Source: Sarea resinae (lineage: Eukaryota). From it: a stretch of 56,952 nt of DNA. The DNA lies in assembly GCA_026026165.1 (NCBI GenBank), contig JAPEUD010000029.1, forward strand, positions 186,001 to 242,952, written 5' to 3'. Of the stretch, positions 25,314 through 38,565 are shown one piece after another. A model generated the notes under the pieces. The model was given only the letters and a program-made list of their open reading frames with translations. It was not told the origin of the DNA and made no database searches. Positions within the stretch are counted from its first letter, which is position 1, and every line of letters starts with the position of its first letter. The position numbers and the translations under genes were made by a program.

Positions 25314-27442
25314 ATGTCGGCAGCACAGTTGCTGAATCCTAAGGCTGAGTCTAGGGTACCCTTTGACCAAGTACCTTGATGTTATGTGTGCAGCTGCTGA
25401 ATCTGCGATATAGCGACGGGGTGAAGCTCTAAGAGTCAACATCAATGCCGGAGAGGGAGTATGTCTCATCTCAGAGCCTCAGCGGTGATATTTGATCGTG
25501 GCTAACTTGAGACCCAGCTGCAAGATGTTCTCAAGGGCAACCTTGGACCCCTCGGGACTCTGAAGATGTGAGACTCCTAAATTTGAGATCTCCTACACCT
25601 TGCTGACAATCGATAGGCTCGTAGACGGTGCAGGCTCGGTACATTCCTTGAAATCACTATTTTTGTCGGGCAATTAGGAAGCTGAGACTTGCTTAGATCA
25701 AACTCACAAAAGATGGAAGCGTCCTATTACGGGAAATGGTATTTCAAGCAAACCACCTCAATCCTAAGCCTCCCTAACATACTTTAGCAAATACAAAACC
25801 CCACTGCTGTTATGATTGCACGAGCGGCAACGGCCCAAGATGACATTACTGGAGATGGAACGACCTCAGTAGTCCTGATGGTTGGAGAGCTGCTAAAGCA
25901 GGCTGATCGATATATCTCTGAGGGTCTTCACCCCAGAATCATCACAGATGGCTACGAAATTGCCAAGACAGAAGCCTTGAAGGTACTAGCATCTTTGTGT
26001 ACGTTGAGTTTGTTCTATCACTGACATAGCATAGTTCCTAGATGACTTCAAGCTAGAGAAGGAAGTTGACCGCGAGCTTCTGCTTTCCGTGGCTCGGACC
26101 TCTCTTTCTACCAAGCTGAACAACACTCTTGCCGAACAGCTGACTCCTTCTATTGTCGATGCCGTCCTGACGATTTACAATCCGCCCTCCAAGCCGGACC
26201 TACACATGATCGAGATCATGAAGATGCAACATCGCACAGCAGCGGATACCCAACTTATTCGTGGTCTAGCTCTAGATCACGGCGCTAGACACCCTGACAT
26301 GCCTAAGAGGGTGGAGAATGCTTTCATTTTGACGCTGAATGTCAGTCTTGAGTACGAGAAGTCGGAGATCAACTCAGGATTCTACTACTCGAGTGCCGAT
26401 CAGAGAGAGAAACTCGTTGAGAGTGAGCGAAGATTCGTCGACGACAAGCTTCGAAAGATTGTGGAACTGAAAAGAACGGTCTGCGGCAGTGATAAGAAGA
26501 GGAATTTCGTGATCATCAATCAAAAGGGCATCGACCCCCTCAGTTTGGATGTTCTTGCAAAAGAGGGCATCTTAGCGCTGCGAAGAGCTAAGAGAAGAAA
26601 CATGGAAAGATTACAGCTGATTTGCGGAGGTACTGCCCAGAACAGCGTTGAAGATTTGTCTCCTGAAGTGCTGGGTTGGGCGGGTCTGGTTTACGAACAT
26701 CAGCTTGGTGAAGAAAAGTTCACTTTCATCGTAAGCTAGGACAACCCTCGAGTCTGGAATTGGATGCTAACAGCCACTAGGAAGATGTCAAAGAGCCAAA
26801 ATCTGTTACCTTGCTCATCAAAGGACCGAATGCGCACACCATCACCCAAATTACAGATGCCGTCCGGGATGGTCTGAGAAGTGTGTATAACATGATCGTT
26901 GATAAGAGTGTGGTTCCTGGTGCCGGTGCCTTTCAAGTCGCCTGTGCTGCACACCTTTCCAGCGATGCGTTTAGGAGACAAGTTAAGGGCAAAGCGAAGT
27001 GGGGCGTTCAAGCATTTGCAGACGCTCTGCTTGTCATCCCGAAGACTCTTGCTGCCAACTCCGGTCATGACATCCAAGACTCCTGTAAGTGGAAAGAACT
27101 CGGATTATATATACGCAGTCTAACATCACATCTTTTCAAAGTGGTTGCATTACAAGAAGAGCATGCAGAGGGCAACGTCGTTGGCCTGAACCTGACCACT
27201 GGTGACCCTATGGATCCTATCCAAGAAGGCGTCTATGACTCCTTCCGAGTGCTACGAAACTGTATCGCTTCTAGTGCGGGCATCGCATCGAATTTACTCC
27301 TGTGTGACGAATTGCTCAAGGCTAGGCAAATGGTAAGCAGTTCTCTCTGCTCTGCACAACTGTGTTGATGATCTTTATCTCAACATTGGCGTATGCTAAC
27401 TTTCTCTTGCAGAGTAAGCCCGCGGATCCTGGAGAACAGTAA
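25314..27442 (+). CDS. CCT6: T-complex protein 1 subunit zeta (chaperonin CCT6), multi-exon
   Basis: It starts [20 protein letters not shown], has the ATP-binding motif [11 protein letters not shown], and contains [30 protein letters not shown] and [17 protein letters not shown]. The last exon is 27413-27442. Confidence 0.96.
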
Positions 27443-28417
27443 GAGAGAACCCTGTATCCGAGACCATTGTCGCGTTAGGAGTGCATTGTGTTGTATGAAG
27501 CATGGAATGAACTTGTAAACTACCGGCCCTAGCTTAGATATACCGGAAAAGACAATACTCAATGGACCTGCCGAATTTCCGCGTTGCAGCAGATCTATGA
27601 TACAAGAAACCTGTGACCTTCTCTCAAGTCGAGGATCTTCCCTTGCCCAGAGTGCCGTACCAGTAATTGATGACACTGTTGTCCGCGCGTACCTAGGTAC
27701 GACGAGTACCTGAATCTGGACTTCCTTGAGTTGAGCTTGGCGGATAGCTAGCCTCCTTGGCCCAGACAGGGCGGGAAGGAGGCCAAAGGAGGTCGTGTAT
27801 ACCTATGGAAATGGTGTACCAGATCGCCCAGCATGAGGTACTGAGTACGGTACTGTAGGTATGAAAGGATTGGATACGAAACGAGTCGGTGCATGGGAAA
27901 GCGATCCCCCCTCTCGCCAGTATTTCGGTGGTATTAGTGGATGCTTCGCTACCTTAGGTAGTAGGTACGGAGTACTCTAGGTAGAGTACGAATACTTCGT
28001 ACAGAGTACGGCCTGGGGTAGTCGTACCTCACCTCCAGGGCTATCCATATCCCATAGCATGCCTGATCTGCGAGTCAGCTTAGCCAAGCCTCCCAATACG
28101 ACACCATAGCATTCTCTCAATTTGGACCTCTTGACCTCCTCTTCCACCTCACGCTTTCGGTTCAGAAGTTGCCCGTTTGATCTTGATCCGATCCCGATAT
28201 CTCTTGGAGTTTCAAGTCCTCTCTCGCCTTCATTCGCTCTACAGACTTTCCTTGCAGTAATCCTACTCTACACCTGCCTGAGCGATCGATCCCTTGCCTA
28301 GTTGCCGATGCTTCTCAGCGCGCTTCCGTTTTCTTGAACTTCCGCAGCTCGATCCGAGCAGGCCTTTCCTCCTTGGTCCGTCTCCAGACTGGGTCCGACT
28401 GACCCTCTCACGCCACG

Positions 28418-31400
28418 ATGCTCAGACTTCGGAGGTATAAGGTCTTGGTGGTGTTTTCTGTCTTCGCCATCATCGTCCTCTATCACTTCACCAGTGTGCG
28501 CGACTGGGAAAGGGCGACGTCAATCAGCGTCGATGCATTGAGGAACTTTGGAGAGAAGCAGCCGACCACTTTACCGAAGCAGCTTGAACCTGTCGCAAAG
28601 GAAACCAAACCATTTGTCGTCGAGGTCCCCCAAGCAGAGACGACAAGAGCTCCAATACCTCCACCATCAATCGCACCAATCAGCAAGCCTTTGCAGAAGC
28701 TGCCTGGCGTGTCCTCTTCCGTGGTTTCATCCGTGATATCTTCATCGACGCTATCGGCCGCTCCTGTGACGACAACATCGACCAATTCCTGGGGGAATTG
28801 GATGCTTCCGCCCTCTACCACAAGCTCAGTTGCTCAGGCCGTGCAGTCAGAACCCGGCTCTGACGACTATGAAGGATATGAGGGAGGCGAGGGGAGACTC
28901 GAGGCTCCGGCTCCAAACACTCGATTTCCTCCCATCCATTGGACAAAACTCCCCGAGCATTTCCCAGTGCCGTCCGAATCGATCATTCAACTGCCTAGTG
29001 CAAAACCGAGGGCCATACCTCAAATCCAACACTCATTCAGCGATGAGACCTCAGACTCGAAGGCCGATAGAGAGAGTAAACTGCGCACAATCAAAGAGTC
29101 ATTCATTCATGCTTGGACTGGATACAAGGACAAAGCATGGCTTCACGACGAGCTCTCGCCCATTTCCGGAAAGTTTCGTGATCCATTCTGTGGCTGGGCT
29201 GGTAAGGTGCATTACTTTCATTTCTCGCCCCATGCTAATACTTCGAAGCTACCCTGGTTGATACTCTCGATACACTTTGGATCATGGGTCTAAAAAGCGA
29301 CTTCGAAGAAGCTGTGAAAGCAGTCGAGAAGATTGATTTCACCACAACTCCAAGGAACGACATACCTCTATTTGAGACCACGATCAGATATCTGGGAGGC
29401 CTGCTAGCGGCATATGATATCAGCAAAAGTAAATACCCGATCCTTCTAGACAAGGCCGTCGAGCTTGCCGAGGTCTTAATGGGGGCTTTTGACACGCCTA
29501 ATCGCATGCCGATAACTTTCTATCATTGGAAACCGTAAGCTTGGACCCTTAAAGAACCTAGAGTGAGTGGTATTAATCATTGCACAGTACTTTTGCGTCT
29601 CAGCCACATCGATCAAGTAGCAGAGTAGTCCTTTCAGAAATAGGGTCCCTCTCTTTGGAATTTACCAGACTAGCGCAAATTACAAAAGAGCCCAGATACT
29701 ACGATGCAATTGCGCGCATCACTGATGCTTTCGAACTGTGGCAGAATAGCACCAAGCTTCCTGGCATGTGGCCAATTTACGTTGATGCTTCAGGGTGTAG
29801 AAAACCAGAGCAGTCTATTACGACGCCCCTAGAGCACTCTCTTCTCAATGGGCCTCAAGACTTGTTGCCTCCCGAACTCTCCCATAACAAGGCGGTGAAA
29901 TTGGATACTGTGAAGGGCATAGCAGCACCAGTTGCAATCGAAGCCAACGGCAAGGCTCAAACTAGGGCAGATCAAAAGGAAGAGGGGCCAGATGCGAAAG
30001 AGCAAGACGCTGAAGATTCCACAAGTGACCCCAGCAATACCTTCGTTCAGAGGCGACAGTTGGTCGACGCTTCTTTGTCTGATGGTAGCCAAGATCTCGC
30101 CAAATCGTCTCCCTCAAACTCGTCGAGCGCAAAAGGAGGACTTGATTCTGAGTCCACAGTGTGCCCACCGCAAGGACTAGCCTCTCCACCTAAAGCAGTC
30201 CGCGAATCCTTCACTCTAGGCGCGCTGGCAGACTCACTATACGAGTATCTACCGAAGGTATACTCTGACTCAATTGAATGACTGATAACTGCTAACTTGA
30301 ACAGCAATACATGCTTCTGGGAGGTCTCAACGAACAATACAAGACTATGTATGAACAGTCTATGAACGTTGCAAAAGAGAAATTGCTCTTCCGACCCATG
30401 ACCAAAGACGACCGCAACGTTCTTCTCTTTGGAAGTGTTTCAACGACAGGTCAATTTGATAAAGAAGACGATGTTAGGCTTACCCCGGAAGGGACCCATC
30501 TGACTTGTTTCGCTGGCGGTATGCTTGCGCTTGGATCGAAGATATTTGGGCGTACTCAGGATCTAGCAATCGCATCTAGACTCACGGATGGATGTGTTTG
30601 GGCGTATGAGTCGACCACTACCGGCATCATGCCAGAATCATTCCTCGCGGTACCTTGCCAAGACAAAGACAATTGTCCTTGGAACGAAACCCAGTGGTGG
30701 GAAGCTTTAGACCCATGGCGCAAGGAGCGAATGGAGCAGAATTTCCCGGCCTTACCAAGTCAAATCGTCGGCGAGGATGAGACGACCGCCTCGAAAGACA
30801 ATCCGAAGGCAGATGATGCTGCTCCTGGCGCATCATCAGACTCACCTGCAAAGAGCAGAAGGCAAGTAGGCAACATTGAAAATACCATGCCGCTGTCAAC
30901 AGGCGAAAGTAATGCCACTTCTGCAAGTACCGAGCAAGCGGACGTACTTTTAATACCACCTCAGTCGCATGAAAGTTACGTCAAGTCGAGAATTGAGAGT
31001 GAGCGCCTGCCTCCTGGTTTCACTCGCATTTCCAACCCCAAGTACATCTTACGGTATGACGCCTTGCCCTCCATTGGAACGTATATCTAATCATTTCCAG
31101 GCCTGAAGCAATTGAGTCAGTTTTTATCATGTGGCGGGTAACTGGGGATGATTACTGGAGACAAAAAGGCTGGAAAATGTTTACAGCCATCCAAAAGTAC
31201 ACAGAGACCGAATTTGGCAATACCGCGATTCGCGACGTTACAAGCAATGCGCCCATTGCTGCAGATGAGATGGAATCTTTCTGGCTGGCCGAGACGCTGA
31301 AGTACTTTTACCTGCTGTTCAGCAAACCAGACCTAGTCAGCTTGGACGACTACGTGCTGTAAGCTCTTCTGTCATGTCTCCCTGCCAGCTTGAGGCTTTG

Positions 31401-31455
31401 AAACTAATGCGTCTTCAGCAACACGGAAGCCCATGGGTTTGCTAGACCGAAGTAG
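28418..31455 (+). CDS. Glycoside hydrolase family 47 class I alpha-1,2-mannosidase, type II membrane protein
   Basis: An N-terminal signal anchor ([18 protein letters not shown]) is followed by an S/T/P stem. GH47 motifs include [64 protein letters not shown] and NTEAH. Confidence 0.95.
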
Positions 31456-31985
31456 CCGATTCATGTGTGGCAATCTTTGAGAGTAGAGTCGCCGTCAGCA
31501 TGATCTAGGTGGTTATTGCTGGTCGGCTTTCGTGGAATCTATGGGGTTGGACCAAGGAAGCCTGGAACAGGTGCAGATACTCATGTATAGTCTATACACT
31601 TTTAGCTATAGCTTTTAGGAGTTTTGGGTGACGGACCAAGTCACGCGGCGTATCAAGTAGCTTGGGCCTTATGGCCATTTCCAGGTTTGCCATGGATGAG
31701 CTCCTTGTCTGATGGATCATTGATATGTTCTCGTAGAGTCATGTGGAGAATGCATTCCTGTTGCGCGATTGTTTACATCCCTACCATTCGTACCTTACAA
31801 GTTACCTAGTAGTGGTACTTGAATTCGTACTCTACCTGTGCGGTCAAATGGTCCAGTCCTCGTGCTAGTTCGACCGACAGTCTACTCCGAGTACATACTG
31901 CTAGGGCAACCTCTCCACCAAGATTAATACCGGGATATGCCTCAGCGATAGCAGCGGCTCTGTTGCTCCTCCTGCTGCACCAGAA

Positions 31986-33722
31986 ATGGAATTCGAGGTC
32001 TCCTATAGCTTAGACAATGAGCAGCAATTCTGGGATGGTCGATCACTCCTCTTCGTCCTCAAGGCGCTCTCCAGACTGACCTCTTTATCGGCAGAACTCG
32101 ACGATATTGTGTCGGTGCACTGCCAGACCCACGAGCTTATCGATAACGCGCTGAGACTGTATCTGCACTTTACGACAATTTACAAAGGTTGGAATGGACT
32201 AGCATTGAGGATGAGTGCGGGTTACGGTGCTGAGAGTAAATAGATGAATATCTCCGGTCCGAGTACGACGTCGCGCGTTGCTCCTGCAGGCTCTTAGATT
32301 CCACCCTCTTCCTCGCGCACAAGGACTATGTGCGGAGACAGATCATATACGGACTCCTTCAGGTGAATCAGAGTCTTCAAGATGCACAGCTCTGCGGCTA
32401 ACTGATCTGCAGGAGGACGCTCCAAACACACTGCTTCTCATTGCATCGTTCCTCCTCTTTGACGGCAGGCAGAATGAGAACACATTTGAGATGATGAACG
32501 ATGAGGGCGCTTTTCCACGACTACTGGAATTGATACAGAGCACCAAAGATAATACGGAACTACACCAGATGCTTCTTGAGCTCCTGTACGAGATGTCACG
32601 AATACAACGACTGAACGCCGACGATCTGAGTAATGCCCCCCTGGATAATAATGAGAACATCTTCGTTCGCTGACACGTCTGTCAGGACTCATTGATGACT
32701 CGTTCGTTATTTACCTATTTCAAATAATCGAGCAGCTGTCCGACGATGTCGACGACCCTTATCACTATCCTGTAATCCGGGTTCTGGTCAGTACCGATGG
32801 GCCAAATGTTGATATGTCACTGACAAAGCCCAGCTGGTCTTGAACGAACAGTATATGGTGTCCGCGCATGACCCTGGACCTGGCAACGCCCCTGAGTCCC
32901 TAACAAACAGAGTCATCAAGATGCTTTCCCTACATGGTAGCGCCTATAAGACATTTGGCGAGAATATCATTCTGCTCCTCAATCGTGAAAGTATGTGTGC
33001 ACGGAAGCCTTCCCGTTCCCTGGTCCTGCTTGCTGACATTCCACGGCGACCATCTAGGCGAGACGTCTCTCCAACTCTTGATCCTCAAGCTCCTCTACCT
33101 CCTCTTCACCACTCGTTCCACATACGAATACTTCTATACCAATGACCTGCACGTCCTGGTCGATGTCATGATTCGCAACCTCCTCGACCTGCCCGAAGAA
33201 TCCGCTGCTCTTCGCCACACCTACCTCCGGGTCCTATATCCTCTTCTCGCCCATACTCAGCTCAAAAACCCTCCTCACTATAAGCGCGAAGAGATCATGA
33301 AAGTCTTGTACATGATGACAAACGTGCGCAGTGCACATTTTGCTCCCATGGATGAGACTACCATCCGACTAGTCGGCCGATGCGCAAAAGTCCCCTGGCT
33401 AAGAGACGAGGGCGCCGATGCTGCTGGCGTTGCCAAACGACTGTTGGGAATGCAACTCGAAGAAGCCCGGGGCAGCTCTCTATCCGTCGTCGAAGTCGCA
33501 GCCCAAAAGGAGAAACCTGGAGTCATGACGCCAAGCCGAGGCGATGCCACTTTGCACCGACAAGATGATGAGGCTCCTCCCGTACCCGCCATTGCAGTTG
33601 ATGGGACTGACGAGAACGATAAGCCTATCAATAATGAAATCGCCAGGAATAGCCCTCTGGAAAAGACCGCAGCGATCATGCCGGAACTGCGCAGTCCCTT
33701 CGAAGTTGACGGCGAGGTCTGA
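31986..33722 (+). CDS. LDB17: Ldb17/Dip1/SPIN90-family Arp2/3 activator, multi-exon
   Basis: Motifs [66 protein letters not shown] and [13 protein letters not shown] are characteristic of the SPIN90/Ldb17 leucine-rich domain. Confidence 0.85.
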
Positions 33723-34764
33723 TCCCTCCTTTCTGGTCCATCTTTCTCTTTGGAAAAACCGCCTTGTGTCCCGCAGGCAAGAAGATCTCTTTCTCTGCCT
33801 AAAATCTAAATCATAACTTGCACTCTCGAATTGCCTGCATCGGCCTCGGTTTGCATGTTTATTTACATCCTCATGGCGTCTCAATGACCTGTCATCTGAA
33901 ACTGTCAGGCGACTTTATTCTTCGTGCAGGTCAGAGAATCTTTTTGTCATCTCAGACTCGTTCCGAGAGGTGAAGCCCTCTTTTTATCCTGAAGTCATAC
34001 ATCAACACACCAGGTTTCTTCTTCCTTTTCTGGAGGCGTTCTTGGAATCGCTTCTTCGATGGCGTCCCAGGGAACAGAGCCAGGCATGCGTTCCAGTTGC
34101 TCCCTCCCGATTTCCCCTTCCGAGTCTCATAGACGTCCAATGGTATTTGAAATTTGATCAAAAACCGTCGAACCTCATTAGAAGAGCCCAGCGACTACCG
34201 ACATTTCTTTCGTCTTTATTTTTTAAATGAGGAAAGCATGTGAAATGAAGAAGAACAGGATACTCGTTCTAGTCATCAAAGTAGTGCCTTTCCTATCTAC
34301 ATTTGGGATCTTGGATTGGGGCCGCAGGGCGTTATAACAAATGCAGCAGAATCCTATAGCGACAGGCAGCACAGCCACAGCTACAGTAGTAGCATCAATC
34401 CTAGAATATTGCCAATTTTACTTTTTCGAAGTCTTTCCTTGCAGACTCGCTGGTCTATCACGCTTGCCATGAGAAATATAGAAGCACTGATAGCAGAACT
34501 GATACAAGTGTTGTCACTACCCAACCCCAACCCCGTACGCAGCTACTCCATCCACTAGAAGAAAGAAGACAACACCGCAAGTAAGACAGAGACACTGCCA
34601 CTCGTGTCTCTCTCTTTCTGCGTGCGACTGTGGTATGTGAATTCTAGTAAGCAAAATACGCCCCTTCGCATGCAATACACCCCATCCCCAATGCCATAAC
34701 CGGTTCCACCCTTCACGACAAGGAAGGCAAGGGGGGGAAAAGATAGAGGCGCCCCCCTTGACGA

Positions 34765-36435
34765 TCAAAACCCAAACGGATTCCCTCCGGGAAACTGGAA
34801 TTTCGCCCCACCACCACCGCCACCGCCGCCGCCCCTCTGAAAGAAAAATTGCTGCTGCCCTCCGCCCCCGGGCCCCCCGAACGGCGAGCCCTGGAACGGA
34901 TGGCCCTGCTGACCCTGGCCCTGGCCCTCGGGCGAATTCGGATCATCGCCCCGGTCGAACCGGGCCCGGAGTTCGGGATCGCTCAGGACCTCGTACGCTT
35001 CGTTGATGGTGGCCATTTTGCGCTCGGCGTCCTCTTTGCTCACGCCGGTGCGGATGGCCTTGTCGGGATGGTGCTGTTTGGTCAACTGGCGGTAGGCGCG
35101 TTTGAGGGTCCGGTCGTCGGCGTCCGGCGGCACGCCCAGGGTCTTGTAGTAGTCCTTTTGCGTGGCCCGTTTGTGGGCGATTTGCGCTTTCTGGAGCAGA
35201 GGCCCGATGAGGGGCGACGAGGGATGGTGCTGTTTGGCGAGATTCAGGGTCTGGATCGCGCTCTCGTAGGCGGAGGCGCTGAGGTGCGTTTGGGCCAGAT
35301 GGAGGAGGGCGGGGAGGGAGTGCGGGTGGTAGGTGAGGGTTTCCGTGCAGTAGGGCGTTGCGCGTTTGTGGTTGTTCATCTGTTTGATTTTTTTCCGTAT
35401 CAATGGGCTGCATCAGGAGGATTCTAGGGCAACGAGAAGAGATAAGCTTACGTCTGTATAGGCTTGACAGGTCATCTCAAGCAGAGTGGCTAGCAGCTCG
35501 TCCGGAGACTTTTTATGTATTGATCCATTTTCTCGGAGACCCTTGACCGCGTCCCGGACATCCTGTATCAATCCCGCATCTTCGCCATTCGGCGTCAGCA
35601 GCTTGACCGCGCTTGCGAATTGACTCTTCTCCATCAACTTCCGCACCTTGGCCAGCTCCTTATCGATGACCTTCTCCTGTCGGAACAGCTTACTGCACGG
35701 CTTCGAGTCGGGATCCGAATGGAGACATTTTCGCACTTGTGCTAGGCCCTTGTCGGTGTCGGCGAGTGAGAAGAACAGCATGGCTGAGATCTGGAGATGG
35801 GGCTCGATGGACCCCTGCGGCGAGATCTGCAGGACGTGTATCAGATCGCTGACACCCTCGAGCACCTCGCCACGCTCGAAGCGACAGCGGGCGCGGAGCT
35901 GACGGAGAGAGAGCGCGGTGCTAGCGGTCATGATGGCGACACCGGCCTGCGTGACGCAGGTCTCCCAATCCGACTTCTTCTCCGCGGCGACGGCAAGAGC
36001 GGCTGCGCTCTTGGCTTCTTCAAGCTCTTGCACCTCAGGGCCGGCCTTCCGTCCTGCCGCAATGTAGTCCTTCTTCGCGGCGGCCCAGTCGGCGCTCTTC
36101 GCCTTGATCCTCGCACGCTGGAGGAGGGCACCTTCAAAGTCCGGCTTCACTTTGAGCACCTTGTCGAAGTCGTCGCTGGCCTGAGCATTTTTGCCCAAAG
36201 AGAGATAGGTGGCGCCGCGCTTGAAGATAGTGAGGTAGTTTTGGGGATCGCGGGTGATGGCGGCGTCGAAGTATGTGAGCGCATCGTTGTAATTGCCCTT
36301 TGCGAGGTTCGCATTGGCCGAAGAGACGAGGGAAGATACGGGCGTGTCAGAGGGGATGTCAAGAGTCGCAGCGAGGGGGGTGGTGGTAAAGAGTGCGACG
36401 GCTCCTAGAGCTATCGACGAAAGCCGTATAATCAT
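34765..36435 (-). CDS. ER-lumenal TPR-repeat DnaJ co-chaperone (DNAJC3/P58IPK/Jem1-like); exons 36435-35452, 35379-34765
   Basis: It has a signal peptide (MIIRLSSIALGAVALF), TPR repeats, a J-domain (KDYYKTLGV...HHPDK...INEAYEVLSDPELRARFDRGDDP) and a G/F-rich tail. Confidence 0.93.
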
Positions 36436-36888
36436 GGCTGAATGAATGATTGTGAGAAGGCTTAAGACATGGGCGGAGCAGAGAGAGAGTGGAGCGATAT
36501 TGAGAATTTTGAAGCCTGGAGATCAGTCAACAGGAAAGAGACACAGTGGACGATTGCCGAAGGACGATTGCTTCAGATCCTTCTTTCATTGTTTTATGGT
36601 GTTGAGGGTGGAGTGTCGGCGTGAGACGACGGATCCCGATGCCTTTGGAACAATCTGGCATCTCTGTCTCTCGGCAATCGCCGTCACCGTTCCCTAACGT
36701 GGATGCAGTGTAAACAATGGAACACCAAGATTGTCATGCAATCAATCCAGCAAGCAACACATCCAAGCTTCATCGTTACCAGAATCAACGGACTACAGCC
36801 AATCTATCAGGTCTACTCGGAGCAGACTTGAGCTGGCACCGACAACTCTTTGGCATACTCGAGCTCTTGAATTTCGTCCTTCGAAAGC
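36436..36888. promoter_or_regulatory. Compact bidirectional promoter TPR-DnaJ/HAUS1
   Basis: Only 453 bp separate the two divergent start codons. Confidence 0.55.
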
Positions 36889-37773
36889 ATGGACTCCCCA
36901 GGCGCCATCTTCTCTCCCTCGCTCGCCCGCCAACAGCTCGCCCAAGCGCGCGATTGGGCCTACATCGACACTTTCCTCTCTACGCTATACCATCCCTCTC
37001 CCGTGCCCCGCTTCGAGCGAAACGGCTCGACCTTGAAGATCCTCCTCGCCCTCGCTGCGCAGAACGAGACGGCCGAAGAAGAAGCGACGATACTAGCAGC
37101 GCACTCGACCTCCATAACTCGAACATTGGCCGAAAATACTGCTGCGGACCCCGATGCGCATATCTTCTCGGCCCTGACAGATGCCCTGAAACCGGCGGCG
37201 CAAGCAGCTCTCACGGCCCTCGCCTCCACGTCAACCGCACTAGGAACGGCGCCTACAGCTGACCCGTGTCTGCTCGCCCAGCGGCTCATAGACCTGACAG
37301 CGCAGTCTGCAGACCTCGCTCAGCAATCGACCCGCCTAGAGACGCTCTCTGTGGCCCTGCAGAGCCAACTAGAAATCTTACAGGCTGACCTCAAGACCCT
37401 GAAAACGCATACCGCTTTCAATCCACCCGATTCGCTTCCCCAGAAAACGGCCGACTGGACGCGCGGATCGAAACACCTGCATACCAAGCTTCAGGACTAC
37501 CACTCCCGCCTCGCTTCATCTCCATCAGCATCATCATTAGCGGCAGCTGAGCTGAGCCTGCCTGAGCTCATCGCGGCGGAAAAGTCGGTCTTGGAACTTC
37601 AGACTCAAGTCCGGGACCTCGAAGGCCGCGTGCGTGCATATAAGGGGCTTCCCCATGATGCAGAACGGGCGAAGCGAGAGGTGGAGAGGGTGGGACGGGA
37701 GGTACGGGCCGCTGAACGGAAGAGAGACAGGTTATTTGAGAGCTTGGTCGAGAGTGGTGGCGGCGACATATGA
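36889..37773 (+). CDS. Augmin complex subunit HAUS1-like coiled-coil protein
   Basis: Single-exon 294-aa ORF. The N-terminus (FSPSLARQ...DWAYIDTFL...VPRFERNGSTLKILLALA) and the C-terminal YKGLPHD + coiled coil resemble fungal HAUS1. Confidence 0.75.
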   Translation: MDSPGAIFSPSLARQQLAQARDWAYIDTFLSTLYHPSPVPRFERNGSTLKILLALAAQNETAEEEATILAAHSTSITRTLAENTAADPDAHIFSALTDALKPAAQAALTALASTSTALGTAPTADPCLLAQRLIDLTAQSADLAQQSTRLETLSVALQSQLEILQADLKTLKTHTAFNPPDSLPQKTADWTRGSKHLHTKLQDYHSRLASSPSASSLAAAELSLPELIAAEKSVLELQTQVRDLEGRVRAYKGLPHDAERAKREVERVGREVRAAERKRDRLFESLVESGGGDI

Positions 37774-38565
37774 AAAAAGGGTAGGCGGGGCTACGGAGAG
37801 GTTCAACGGATGGGTTGGAGAGGGCCGTGAGCGACTATAGATATATTCGAGGAGGTCGATAGAATGATTGTACCCCGGAGGAAGCAGGCAGGTGCGTGAA
37901 ATGAAACCCTAAGCAATTGCGATGTAGAGTACGTCTGAATGGGCTAATTCATGTCCACTTCGTTGTTTGCTAAGCTTATATTTTCACATCGAGCACGTGG
38001 CCAAATGTAATAAGATCTCACAGTGGAAAAGGAATTAGGTTCATCTCATTGCTTCGCTGAGCTAAACTAACCTATTCCTGTCAATCCATAAAGTGTGAGT
38101 CCCGAATAGACATGATACGATTCGGCGACATGCGGGGGACCCAAGTCTGTCGCTCGCTGAAAAGGAAGAAAAGCGTTGTCTCAATGAACGGGAATAAGGA
38201 TAGGACATAGGGAGAGACAGACGAAATCGGCGTCGAAAAGGAAATGGAAAAGAAAGGGATAAAAAGGCAAACTCAGGTGGGCGACAGCGAAAAAAGAGTA
38301 TGATACAGGTATACGGCTAGCCAGCGCTTGAAAAAAAGAGACGGATAGACGCACGCAGTCAGCAAAACAAGCATGAGAGAAATTTCACGGAGAGCAAATG
38401 ACGAGAAGTGTGTACGATGTGCTGGTATATAGGAACGACAGGATGAGCATGGGGGGAAACAGGGACAAAGGAAGGCGATTGTTGAGTATTTGTTGCCAAG
38501 GTATAATGATTAGGATAAGACAGGCTCAAGTGGGTGCTTCTACAAACTACAGCTTTGACGAGTAC

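Noticed and set aside
34698..34705. Perfect Grainyhead consensus AACCGGTT
   Set aside because: About one copy is expected by chance in 57 kb, and it lies in a 3' region.
34849..36408. Long antisense ORFs (192 and 203 aa) opposite the TPR-DnaJ gene
   Set aside because: They are an expected by-product of GC-rich codon bias on the sense strand and have no recognisable motifs.
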